This document shows positions 38,915-51,900 of a DNA stretch of 64,000 nucleotides, one piece after another. The notes beneath the pieces are model-generated. The model made no database searches. It was not told the DNA's origin and saw only the letters and a list, made by a program, of their open reading frames with translations. Source of the stretch: Scyliorhinus canicula. Taxonomy: Eukaryota. The stretch lies in the NCBI RefSeq assembly GCF_902713615.1, contig NC_052162.1, positions 110,015,811 to 110,079,810 of the forward strand, in the 5' to 3' direction. The position numbers and the translations under genes were made by a program. Numbering within the stretch: position 1 is the stretch's first letter; every line of letters starts with the position of its first letter.

Positions 38915-41900
38915 ATGTTGTTTATAGCACAGGAGGAGACCATTCGGCCCAACGTGTCTTCACCTGTTCCCAAAAGAGCTAGTTCGCTCGGCCCATTCAC
39001 GGTCCCTATTTCCGTAGCCCTCTAAAATAATAATTTTCAAATAAATATCCAGCTTTTTAAAACCTCGTATGGAATGCACCTCAGCCAATCACCATGACAA
39101 CGTATTCCAAACCCCAACACATCTCTGAGTAAATAAGCTTCTCCTCATCTGACTCTTAATTCTTTTGCTGACTATCTTCGAACTGTGACCCCTAGTCTCT
39201 GACATACCAACTACTGGAAACAGAATATCCTTTGTTCTGTTACCAAAGGTATTAATAATTTTTAACCATTTAATCTTGAACATAAGTTCAACACTTAATC
39301 TTCTCTGCTCCAAGGAGAGCAAGCCCAAGTTTACAAATCATTCTTCGCATCTAAAGTTCATAATTCCTGGTATTCAAATAAAATTCCTCTGCACGCTCTC
39401 CAGGGTTTTCACATCCTTCCATAAATAAAATGCCCAGATCTGAACACAATACTCCAATTGCTGTCTTACCGATGATGTGTAGAGGTTTAGCATCACGTCC
39501 TTGCTTTTATACTCCTTGCCTCTATCTATAAACCCAAGGATTTACCTGTTTTCCCTATATCGATATCGAGCTGATAGGTTTGTAGTTTCGTGGGATATAA
39601 GCCTTCTTTGCTCAACGGCATCCCCACAATTCACTATTCTCCCTAGCATAGTGTCACCTGCACGTTTAGACATTTTGCCTCAACATCCATTTCTAATATG
39701 TTTAATCTAAATCAGAAAAAACAATGGATGAGCACTGAGCCCCATGAGAAAGCCAATTTCAAATCGGCTCCAGTGTGAGATATGCCCACTTATACCTCCC
39801 CTGCGTTTCCTGTCTTAGCCAACGTCTAATACATGCTGCCAAGGACCCATGAATCCCAAACAATTTTGATATGCAAACAACCCTGCCATGTGGCAGGACA
39901 GCACGGGAGCACAAGTGGCTAGTACTGTGGCTTCCTTCCCTGCTGGGTCACTAACTGTGTGGAGTCTGCATATTCTCCCGGTGTCTGCATGGGTTTCCTC
40001 CGGGTGCTACTGTTTCCTCCCACAGTCCAAATAAGTGCAAGTTAGGTGAATTAGCCATGATAAATTTCCCTCAGTGACCAAAGGTTGAGGAGTGGTTATT
40101 GAGTTATGGGAATAGGGTGGAAGTAACGGCTTAAGTGGGTCGGTGAAAACTCGACAGGCTGAGTGGACTCTTTATGCACTGTATGTTCTATGTGGCAACG
40201 TATCAAATGTTTTCTGGAAGTGCAAATATACAACATCCACGGCACGACCCTCATCAACTGCTTGAGTCACCTCGTCAAGTAAATCAATTAAATTTGTCAG
40301 AGGTGACCTGCTCTTAACAAAGCCATGTTGGATGTCCAGAATTAACCTAATTTCTCCTAAGTAACTATTTATCTCATCCCGTTTGAAGCCTCCATCTGTT
40401 TTCCCTATATCGATATCGAGCTGATAGGTTTGTAGTTTCCTGGGATATTCTTTGCCCCTTCCTGAAATAACGCGTCACATGTGCAATCTCCCAATCCCCG
40501 CGACTAAACCTGTACTCAGAGTGGCCTAGAAATGTTCTATTAACGTCTGCACAATATGCTCCTTTACCCTTCTCAACAATATAGGGCATCTTATACGAGC
40601 CTGTATTCCTTATTTCATCATCAATATCCTGAGTCATCCAGGGTACTCTAGGTTTGAAAAAACCTTATTTATTTATCATGGGTACGTACCTAGTTTGCAC
40701 GCGATTCATCTCTCCTTTGACAGTTTCCAATTTTCGATCCGCCGTTTTATCCACCTAAATGCCGTTCAAATCAACCTACTCCAGTTCAACTTTTAGACCC
40801 CAAAAATATTTCCCTTTTCCAGTCTGGTATCTTAACTCGTGACTGACTTTTATCCTGTTCCAACTTAATGTTGAATTCTATAATGTTATGATCGCTACGT
40901 ACCAACGATTCCCCAATCTGACATTCTCTACTTGCCCTTCCACATTTCCTCAGACCACATCCAGCACACCTTCCTCCCTGGTAGGACTAGAAATGTACTG
41001 TACCATAAAGTTCTCATGTATACACTGCAGACATTTCTCCCGTTCAGTGCTCCACGCTCTCCCCCTTTCGCAATCTATCTGAGGGTAATTGAAATCCTGA
41101 ACTACAACAACCCGACACGTTGTTCAAGATTGCATAATGTGCCGACAAATACTCCCTTCCAATTCCTCCCCACTATTTGGATGTATATAGGAAATACCAA
41201 ACGAGGCCCCTTCTCCCTTTCTATTTCTCACCTCCAATCTTCTCGATTCGAATTCACAGACTGCATCGTGTTCAAGGTGTCTCAAACTATTTTTCTTCCA
41301 AGAATGCTACATCTCCTCCCTTTTAACCCACCCTACTCTTCCTTCTAAAAATATTCTAACCGATAATATTATGCATCCAGTCCTGCTCTGGCTTGAACCA
41401 CATATATGTCAATGCTACAATGACGTACGCCCCCAATGCAATGTCTGATTCCAGTTGCACAATTATGTTCACAACATTCTGTGCATTTTCATAAGTACAA
41501 TTTAACCCTGCCCTTATCGCTTGCTTTTGGAGGCGACTACCTCTTTGTTCACTGTCAACACTCCAGCTGTCCCTCACTTCCTTTTCCACATTCCACATCT
41601 TCTGTGTTTTGCCCTTTGTGATACTTCTAAAACGAAGCCCATTTGTCATACCCCCCCCCCCCTCCCCACCGAGTACCAAGTTTAAATGCACCCCCACTGC
41701 ACCGTTATCTCTCTCAGCGAGGAGATTGGCTACATTTCGGCTCAGACGCAGCCCAATTGTTAGAAACAACGTTCTCCTTTTCCCAATCACCCAACGATCG
41801 AAACACCTTCGTGCGACACCATCACTAAACCTACGAAATTACCTCGCTGATCTGACTATGATGAAATGGTGAAGTTCGTGGCACAGGTTGTGTTTAGAGA

Positions 41901-42340
41901 TTGCTACTATGGAGGTCTTACATTTCTTCCTACTTCCTAACTCCTGAAACTGGCCTTGCAAGACCATGAAACTGTCCCTCCCTATGTTCATGGTTCCTCT
42001 GGTTGTTCATCCTCCTTTCCAGACGTTTGCCCAGCCCATCCGTTATGTCCCGAACCTTTGCACCGTGAAGGAACAGATAAAAAGGGAATAAGAATCACGG
42101 GTGCAAACTACACAGTGTATCCCGCGAACTATTGAGTCGACCACGACTACCATCTTTCCAATCTGCCTGCCGGCCTCCCTCTCTTTTTCTGGAGAAACCT
42201 TATGCATCTTGGTACTATGGGTTTCCCTCGTCATCAATACATGATTTCGTCGTGTTGCTCACTTCAGAGTAGCTGTGCAACTTCTCTGAGGCAGTATTAT
42301 TCTGAAACATGTGCAGCAAAGCGCCGTCTCCCCCACTCTC
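38915..42340 (-). mobile_element. Old near full-length CR1 LINE (ORF1 esterase-like plus ORF2)
   Basis: ORF1 'VVVVDSIVRG' and 'GVHLN' (SGNH-like); EN 'LNCTYENAQNVVN..VALTYMW'; C-terminus 'TRGHS.KI..FTQRCVGVWNTL'. Confidence 0.75.
39896..40189 (+). mobile_element. HE1-type SINE with 8-bp TSD
   Basis: TSD ATGTGGCA at 39888-39895 and 40190-40197; CR1-type tail. Confidence 0.9.
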
Positions 42341-44869
42341 TGTCTCCAGAAAATGGATTATACACTTTTGAAATAAAAGCGACTGAGCATTAAGAATTCC
42401 CGTTGCTTGTAAAGTTACCTGGAACGCCCGTAAGTTATGAAGTTATGACACTTGATTTAAATAGTCCAAATACATTGTTGGGATGATATGGAGTGATATG
42501 TAGACATTTCCTGTCTCTTCAGGGCAGAGCGAACTGACATTCCTCATTTGCATGTCAGCCAGAGAGAAGATTTTGAGCAGGCTTTCGTCTATTTTACTCT
42601 AAATTGTACCTGTCTGTTTTTTGGATTTTCTTGGTCCATTCAGATTCTCTGAAGGATCCCTGCTGTTTATTATCCATTTGTACAATGGTCCAAACGGTCT
42701 AAAATTATCCCACTCACGGTTTCCGGTTATACTGAAGCACCTCATAATAAAGGCAGGTGACTCTTGATGCCGACAGGTGTGTGTGAATGGTCAATGACAA
42801 TCCAACAACCTCATGTGGACCTTCAACTTGTAGCTTTCTATTTCCTGTCCATCCGTTGCTTTGATGCCGCCAGTAAATATCGAAACTTCGCAAATCATAA
42901 TTGAGAAAGCTGGGGACATTGGTCTTTCCGATTCCCCGTATCTCGATCACTCATTATTTCCTACACATCATTTTTTTCTCTCTGAACATCATCTTTTCCA
43001 AAGCACACGACTGCAATACTACCCAAAAAATCTTCATCACTAAAAGAACCGGTGCCTGGTAAGCACGGTTTAGAATCTTCATTTCACCCAAGCTCGTGTG
43101 CTCATATCCTTTCTATAATGTGCGTGCCTAAACTGAACGAGTTTAATTCCGTGAACTTCAATCAATACATATTCTGAAGGGCTGGAACTTTACTTTTAAC
43201 AACCGTCCCTCTTGAGTTACCTTTGATGATTTTCTCCCTGTCAAATCTCCTTGTCGCAGTCAGGTGAATTGTCTCTACCTGCCTGTTTCTAACTTTTCCC
43301 TCTCTAAACCTGCCGATTATCTCAGAAATTGCCAGCAAGATTCTCTTTCATGCCTTACTCGAATTCCAACGCACAAGGTAGGTCATTTTATTGGTGTCTT
43401 CAGCAACACGAAGACGGTATGTGATTTGTGCAAAGGTATTAACAGTTTGCGTTGAAAATATATGTTTGAACCTCCAATAATTCTGCTGTGACATAGATTT
43501 CATTCAACTAACCGTTCCTAGTCCACATCCGTTCAGTTACGCCTGGTACACAATATCGGTGCTTGGTGGGAGAGCATAAATATAGCTATACTCGAACTAA
43601 CCCAGCCAGGCATGCCATAAAAGTGTGATGGAGAATGTGCAAAGGGAGCTTTATCGAATGCTATGCATTAATCTAATGCTATGCTGTTGTTTTCGTGGAA
43701 TGTTTGCAAGAGACATTTTATGCCAAAATTCATTCTCCATCGAAACCCTTGATGCACCTGTTCTGGGAGTGTTCGTTGCTGAATCTGTAGAGGGAAATTT
43801 ACTCGGTATCTTACACCATGCTATATCTCCATTTTATTGCTTATTCAACAGCCTTGAGAGAATGTTTTCTATGTCCGTAACCCCATTCTACGCATGTACT
43901 CGGTGGGTTGAATTCGAAAAGTGTAGTTGGATATTTACTTTGTATCTTTCCCCGTGCTGTACCTGCCCTGTGTGATTTTTGTGGGGCAACTGAAAAGAGA
44001 CACGTCCGTCATATATAACCCCGTGATTGATGAGGAAAAGCTAGAGGGACCTTTATTCTGTATCTCTATTACAGACTCTCTCGTGCCCTCTCTCTGTATC
44101 TGATATATCTTTCTATCTCTGGTAATCACTGTGTCTCCTTGTGTCTCCCTCTCTCCGTGTCTGTCTTTGCCATTATCTATCTCATCACCTATCAGTGACG
44201 GCGGTCATTGGTCCTACCTTTCCTCTTTAACCACCCCATCCCACGGTAATTGAATTTTCGCCTCACTCCCTTGACACTTGATTATTAATGGCATGGTGCC
44301 TTGATGCTGGTGGACACATATCCCTGTCTTAATCTGTGAGTTACATTACAGTTTGTGTCCTAGCTCCCTCTCTTTGAACTCGCTTTCTCACCAACTCCCT
44401 CCATTTATGTCACTGCGGGAATGAAAGCAATGACCAAAAAGCGTGAAGAAGAGAGATTTTCAGTATTTTGCCACTTGACTGGAGGGAAGTGAGGTCAGTG
44501 GATGGGTTTGTTGTCCATTTGGTGAGGCGGACTACTTTGATGCACAATTGAAGTGTAAACCTGCAGGTGAGATACTGGGTGTTTCTTTGTCCGTTTTGTA
44601 TCATAGAAACTAGACTGGTTCGATCACAGTCAAATTTCCACCCCAAATGGACAGTGGGAAGCCGCTCCCACGTTGGAAATGTAAAATAACAAGAAACGAT
44701 TAAGGAAACCCCAGGTTACTGGGTTCCAAACAAAGGCATATGCCACACCAGTAGAAATTATGAATCTTTCAAAACTGTAATCAGTTCACGCATAGGTAAG
44801 ACACTTCACCCATGGCAAATACGAAATAAAATGAGAAAATCCTCAAAAAACCTTGCTATTCTGTTCGTA

Positions 44870-45762
44870 TCATGATCGAGAAATTGAAGTGATGGGATGT
44901 TTCAACACATTTTTCAACTGTTCTCTAAACTTTGTCTGCGTCACAGCATAAATCGCTGTGTTTGTGCAGCAACTCAGCAACTGCAGCATGAAACCTAATT
45001 CCAGAACATATGAATCTAAATCAAATAATTTAATCCCCACCCACGACATCCGCTTCCATATAGAGTAAAGCATTAACAGTGACCATAACAGTATGAAATT
45101 GGCTGAAATAACATATAGTAAAATGATGGATTTTTTTCGACTCTCCATCTCTGGGTCTTTCGCATCATGTTCGCGGTTGCGTCCTCGGAGTCTCCTGCGA
45201 TTTCTGCTGGTCTCTAAAATATTTCTTACAGTGAAAAGATTGAGCAGCAGAATCAGTAAAAATGGGACACATGGGTTTATGATGTAGTGGAGGAACTGAA
45301 TTGCTGCCCAGACCGGAGATGTTACAATAGCCGATGAGAAATAACAAAACCACGGTTCGTTGTAATACAAATACCGACCTTTTAACATAAAATACCAGAA
45401 AATGTTCTTTACAAAGCTCAACGCAGCCACTGATCCCAGAACTATGGACGCCATTTTCTTGCTGCAGTATTTATGTTTCAGCTTCGGGCAACAAATGGCC
45501 ACAAATCGATCAAAGGTGAAAGTTACCGTGAACCAGACAGAACAGTCAGTGACAGCATAAAGGACGGATGCATGGATATTGCACACGGGAATTGACTTCC
45601 TGAAAATAAACTGTTCCTCAAAAACAAGTGCAATATGTCTCAATATCAAGTCGAGGATAATGACCAGGAGATCTGCCACTGCCATGGCAACGAGGTAACA
45701 TGTGACACATTTGGAAAGACCACAGTTTTTTCCAGAGAGTACCAAAATCGTTACTAAGTTAA
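44870..45762 (-). CDS. GPR139/GPR142-like class A GPCR paralog 2, coding exon 2 (exon 1 not found in window)
   Basis: Acceptor ttctttgcattcttcacag|TT at 45763/45762, same phase-1 position as paralog 1 (x-NLVTILVLSG). 'MAVADLL', 'FTFDRFVAICC', 'SCCTNTAIY', 'KFREQL'. Open reading frame to the stop at 44870. Confidence 0.88.
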
Positions 45763-46074
45763 CTGTGAAGAATGCAAAGAAAGAAGGAAATTACAAATCT
45801 TGCTGGGGAAAAAACGATTTTTTTTTACAGACTTTCTATTTTGAAATGTGTTGCTGTGTTCATTGATGCATGGAAATACTTGGATAGACAATCATAGAGT
45901 GGCAGAGAGGAGTGATTCAATAACCAAAGTTTGAAGGGGAAGGGGGAGGAAAGGGCGGGCGCTGGAATCAGAGGTGATATTGGAGCCGGGGTTCACTTTA
46001 GGAGCACAGAGATGACAGTGACGAAAGAGGAGCAGGGATCCTTGGAAGCTTGTGGTGATGAAGGTGCTATTTAT

Positions 46075-46271
46075 TTTTTGATAAATCTGAAGTTCCCAAG
46101 TATTTTCTTTCCAATTAAGGGGCAGTTTAGCGTTGCTGGGGGAGTGATGTGCTTGGAGACACGGGGATAATGTGCAAACTTGACATGGACCGTGACCCTG
46201 GGCCCCGATCGAATCTCGGTATTTACCGCACTGAAGCAACAGTGCTAAACACTGCGTCGGCGTGTCGCCCT
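46075..46271 (-). mobile_element. A-tailed HE1-like SINE (internally deleted)
   Basis: 'ttccaattaaggggcagtttagc' tail segment and 'cagtgctaaacactgcg..gtcgccc' head. Confidence 0.75.
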
Positions 46272-46581
46272 GAAGCTGAAGGTGTAATAGACACGAGAGA
46301 GACGCAGGGCATATTCGACCTTCTCCACTTGTCTATTAACGGAAACAAGAGGCATTTCTGAAAATAAGAGTTACATCCCTCTCGTGCTGTATTTCTAAAG
46401 AGCAGATACTAAAGAGAGGTCCCTGTAAATTCAGAAAGCAAATGAGAAAATTAGCATACATATTGCTTCACCTGAAATGGAGAACAAAAACAGATACACA
46501 TTGCTCAAACATACCAAAATACATATTAGCAGCACGAACTCTAGAACGTTTACTTGAACTCATATTACTTGCAATGTGAGA

Positions 46582-46876
46582 CTCTTGGATAGTGGTTAGC
46601 ACTCTTCCCTCACAACGGCGCCTTTAAATCAGTCGTCGGGTGGCTGACTGTGTGGAGTTTGTACATTCTCCCCCGTGACTGCGTTGGTTTCCTTCGGGTG
46701 CTTCGGTTTTCTTCAACATGTGAAAATGTGTGCAGATAGACTTATTGGCAATGATCAATTGCCTCTATTTGCATAGAGCGTGGGGCTGGGCGATGACTTT
46801 CGGAAGGCCGGTGCAAATTCTCTGGGACAAACGCCCTCCTTCTGCTCCGTAGTGATTCTATTCTATTCTATTCTAT
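46582..46876 (+). mobile_element. Degenerate HE1-type SINE with (TTCTA)n tail
   Basis: 'agtggttagcact..cctcac', 'tgtgtggagtttgtacattctcccc', attcta repeats. Confidence 0.8.
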
Positions 46877-48345
46877 TAGGCAGAACACTTCTTATGCTCT
46901 TGTGATGGTCCGTAAACCTTTGTGGTTAGATGGAATCGCTCCTCCTTTTTCCTAATGAGATGAGGTTGGAAATGTCCTTTTTTAGATGAAATAATGATGG
47001 AGCCTTGTAGTGAAGAAATGTAACTGCAGGCAAAATGAAACACCCTTTCTGCATCAAATTATTCGAAATACCATTCTTCTTTTCCTGGACACCATTTTTT
47101 CCTGGGGGCTTTATCCTCTTTAGTCAACTAAACCCCAGATAGTAAGCACATGTAAATGTAAAGTTTCTGTTATAGAATGTTTGAAACACGTCGGTTTTCA
47201 CGTGTTGTTTCCCTCATTAGCAATCTCCGTGTTCTGTGTTAAGGAAGTCGAATTTCTCTAGCCTCCACTGTAATATCACCGCGTCGTGAATAAAGTCACG
47301 ATCTCTCCTCTATTAACCCAACAACTTTCAGGGGAAAATGCGATGACTTTGGCCAGGCTATAGTGTAAGAGGGCATGGATTTATTTTGTCAACCAAGTGT
47401 GAAAAAAATAAAGCCAAATTGTTGCTTCATCCAGTGCAAAAGCCAGACACACAGACACTGAATTTGAAATTTTGTACACATCCAAAGGAAACATGAAATA
47501 GGATAGTTCCCTTCATGTGGGACTGACTCATACATATGCATGCAATAAGACTGGCACTCTGCATATGCGCGCTGTCTCTGTGGCGGGACAGTGCATCGGA
47601 CACCACCTCCAGTTTCGCACTGATACTCCCTCCATATACATACAAAAAATGCGCTTACACACATAATCTCAGGAATTGCACATTACACTTAATACAGTAG
47701 ACAGGATGCTTATCTTAGATGTGGAAAAGTCACACCAATAGTGTGGGGAAGGATAGCTTCCACCCACAACCACCACCCCCTCGCCCCGCCACAAATGCAA
47801 ACTAACACAGGCACCCTCTCGAGGGCATTGATCGATTGCCCGGTCCTAGAGATAGTTTGTGAACATAAGAATGAGAGGGAAAGGTCTGAAACTTGTTGCG
47901 ATGTCAACCATGGAACGTGTAGCATTGGGTCACGTCAGGTTGATTGAGGTTGGGCTGTGGGAGCCCATCAAGAATTTAATTAGAGTCGTCAAGTCTGCAC
48001 GTAACAAATGCTATGAGGGGGTTCCCGAAGCCAGCGTGCTAAAGCATGGAGATGCTATGGTGGTCAAAATACGTGGGCTAAATGGCGTTGTGAATACATG
48101 TTACAAGGTCTTTAGCAGTCGAATTCAGTTGAGGCAATCATCAGGAAGAGATATAGAGTTGACAACTGGGGAACGAAGTTTAAAGAGGGTACTTAAAACA
48201 GTGGCTTCAGTTATATAATTAACAACGGTGTATAAACGGATTATCTGATTTGGAGTTGGTGAATGCTGAGAGGCAATAACAACTAGATAGTCCAAATAGA
48301 GTGTTGTGAAATATAGACTTGAAAATGGATGCAGAAGACTCATAA

Positions 48346-50354
48346 CATAGAACATAGATAATACAGAACAGGACAAGCGTTTCGGCCCACGGTGTTGGGC
48401 CGAACTTTTGTCCTAGATTAAGAACAAATTAATCTACACCCCATCATTCTACCGCAATCCATGTACCTATCCAATAACCGCTTGAAGGTCACTAATATTT
48501 CCGACTTAACTACTTCCACAGGCAGTGCATTCCATGCCCCCACTACTCTCTGGGTAAAGAACCTACCTCTGACATCCCCCCCCCCCCCCCCCCCCCGACA
48601 TCTTCCACCATTCAACTTAAATTTATGTCCCTTTCTAATGGTTTGTTCTTCCCGGGGAAAACGTCACTGACTGTCTACTCTATCAATTCTCCTGATCAAC
48701 ATATCAACTTCTATCAAGTCTTCTCTCATCCTTCTCCGTTCTAATCAGAAAAGGCCTAGCACTCTCAACCGTTCCTCGTAAAGCCTCCTCTCCATTCCAG
48801 GCAACATCCTGGTAAATCTCCTTTTCACCTTTTCCAAAGCTTCCACAACCTTTCTAAAATGAGGCGACCAGAGCTGCACACAGTACTCCAAATGTGGCCT
48901 TCCGAAGTTTTTGTACAGCTGCATCTCACCTCACGGCTCTTAAATTGAAACCCTCTGTTAATGAACGACAGTACACAATAGGCCTTCCTCACAGCTCTAT
49001 CCGCGTGGGTGGCAACTTTCAAAGATCTATGAACATAGGCCCCAAGATCTCTCTGCTCCTCCACATTGCTCAGAACCCGACCGTTAACCCTGTATTCATA
49101 TTTCTCCTTCCAAAATGGACAACCTCACACTTTTCAGGTTTGAACTCCATCTGCCACTTCTCAGCCCAGCTCTGCACACTATCTATGTCTCTTTGCAGCC
49201 GACAACAGCCCACCTCACTAGCCACAACTCCAGCAATCTTCGTACCGTCTGCAAATTTACTGACCCACCCTTCAAATCCCTCATCCAAGTCATTAATGAA
49301 AATCACAAACAGCAGAGGATCCACAACTGATCCCTGCGGTACGCCACTGGTAACTGGGCTGAATATTTGCCGTCCACCACCACTCTCTGACTTCTATCGG
49401 TGAGCCAGTTCGTTATCCAACTGATTAAATTTCCCACTATCCTATGCCTCTTTGCTTTCTGCATAAGCCTACCATGGGGAACCTTATCAAATGCCTTACT
49501 AAAATCCATGTGCACTACATCCACTTCTTTACCTTCGCCCACGTGCTTGGTCACCTCCTCAAGGAATTCAATAAGACTTGTGAGGCAAGACCTACCCTTC
49601 GCAAATCCGTGTTGACTATCCCTAATCAAGCAGTGTCTTTCCAGGTGCTCAGAATTCCTATCCCTCAGTACCCTTTCCATTAATTTGCCGACAACCTAAG
49701 TAAGACTAACTGGCCTGTAATTCCCAGGATTATCCCTATTCCCATTTTTGAGCAGGGGCACGACATTCGCCACTCTCCATTACTCTGGTACCACCCCTGT
49801 TGACAGTAAGGATGAAAATATCGTTGCCAACGGCTCTGCAATTTCATCACTTGCTTCCCACAGAATCCTTGGATATATCCCGTCAGGTCCGGAGGACTTG
49901 TCTATCCTCAAGTTTTTCAAAATGCCCAACACATCTTCCTTCCTAACAAGTAATTCCTCGAGCATACCAATCTGTTTTACACTGCCTCTCCAACAATATG
50001 GCCCCTCTCATTCGTAATTACTGAAGCAAAGTACTCGTTCAAGACCTCCCCTAACTCTTGAGATTCAATGCACAATCTCCCGTTACTGTCCTTGATCGGA
50101 CCTACCTAGCTCTAGTCATTCTCATATTTCTCACATATGTGTAAAAGGCCTTGGGGTTTTCTTTGATCCTATCTGCCAAAGATTTTTCATGCTCTCTCTT
50201 AGCTCTCCTAATCCATTTCTTCAGTCCCTCCTGCCTATCTTGCATCCCTCCAGCGCTCTGGTTGAACCTTGTTTCCTCAGCCTTACATAAGTTCCCTTCT
50301 TCCACTAAACAAGACATTCAATCTCTCTTGTCAATCATGCTTCCCTCACTCGAC
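48346..50354 (-). mobile_element. CR1 LINE, 5'-truncated, inserted in an older CR1 relic
   Basis: RT motifs 'QHGFAKGRSCLT', 'SKFADGTK'; CATAA duplicated at 48341-48345 and 50355-50359. Confidence 0.92.
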
Positions 50355-51900
50355 CATAAGATAACAGAGCAGGTTTCCAAAGCTTTCAATTGTGTACATG
50401 GAAGGCCGGACCTGTACTTACAAAGAGAGCTCAGGATTCAGATGACAGGAAGTTATGCAGAACATGTATAAGCATTTAGATTGATGCCACTTGGAACATT
50501 GTGCCTAACATTTTGCTCCGTATGTGAGGGAAGATGTGAAGAGTTTGGAGAGACTGCAGAATTAGAAGCATAGCAATGTTCCAGCGAGAAGCCATTCTAG
50601 GGTGAGCTGAATAGATCTGGAAGCTGGGCCTCTTTTTAATGAACAGATAAAATGAAGAGATGAGAAGATATAGAGGTTATTTGATAGTGGTGTTTACCAG
50701 AAAGCAGGGTAAGATAAATTCAATTGGGATGAACAGTTTCCATTGGCTGAGGCGTCAATAAGCAGAGGACAAATATTTTATTTGCACATTACTTCACGGG
50801 ACATTGATGTCAGGTGACCAGGCCTATATTTCTTGGCCATTCTAATTTTCCTTGATAATATTGTCTATTTCTGCCTTCATTTGCAGCGGGTACAGATTGA
50901 AACCGATTGCTAAAAGAAACAAATATTCAGAGTGATTTGTTTGCATTTCGAATGCACTGTCTCATGGGATGGTGGATATGAATTCCATGATACATTTATA
51001 GTAGAAATTGATTAATGTGTCAAAGCGAGCAACACAGGGAAATGTGCAGAGTTTGGGACAGGTGTTATGGACGTCAACGGCAAACACAGATTAGGTGGAC
51101 GGAAATAAATCCATGGGTTCTGTTCTATTGGTTACTTCTACTAATTGTATTTCCTATCCCGCCTTTCCCAGATTGTAAATCCATTCAAAATGTTATTGAT
51201 GAAATTGCACGTGACTGGCGTTAACCAAAATCGAAACACATCGGATTATACGCAGAATGGAAGCCTGGATTAGAATTTAATTCAACGATTGAAGGCTGAT
51301 AACAGTGATCAACGTTTATTATTGGATTACGAAGAAATGTCCGGAGGTTTAGGCAAGTGGGGGGGGGGGGGAGATTAATCTTGATTATTATTTGTGTTAC
51401 TCCTTTCCTGATATGTATTAATGCAATGGGATCATGAACGCAGAGGTAATTATACAGATTTCAGATGTGCGAAAGTGAGAACTGAGAATAGAAAGTGAGA
51501 AAGTCAATCACATACTTCAGAATCACCAAGTCTCAGGTGGATTTGCAACACTTGGTTGGGTCTGAGGTCTGCTTTGAACCCAGTGTTCAGATTTTGAAGT
51601 CATTGTTTCCTGCCCTGTGACAAGTACAAGGACATGGAATAACTTCATTCAACATTTTCTTCCTGACAGCGACCCTTAGCGGCTTTAGAGGGAAAGTTGA
51701 TTTGTGCACTGTCAATACTTCCCAATCAAGTCACTGATGACTGAAAAATTGCTTCCCTGTGAGAGGTGGCCGATTAAGAACATTTCTCCTCGTGCACGCA
51801 TTTGCTACTTCTGCTCCTGCTGATGACTAGTTTAGATCTATCCCAAACGCGAGAAACCTACTCTGATAATGTTGGACTCTTCACCCCTAACGGACAGTGA

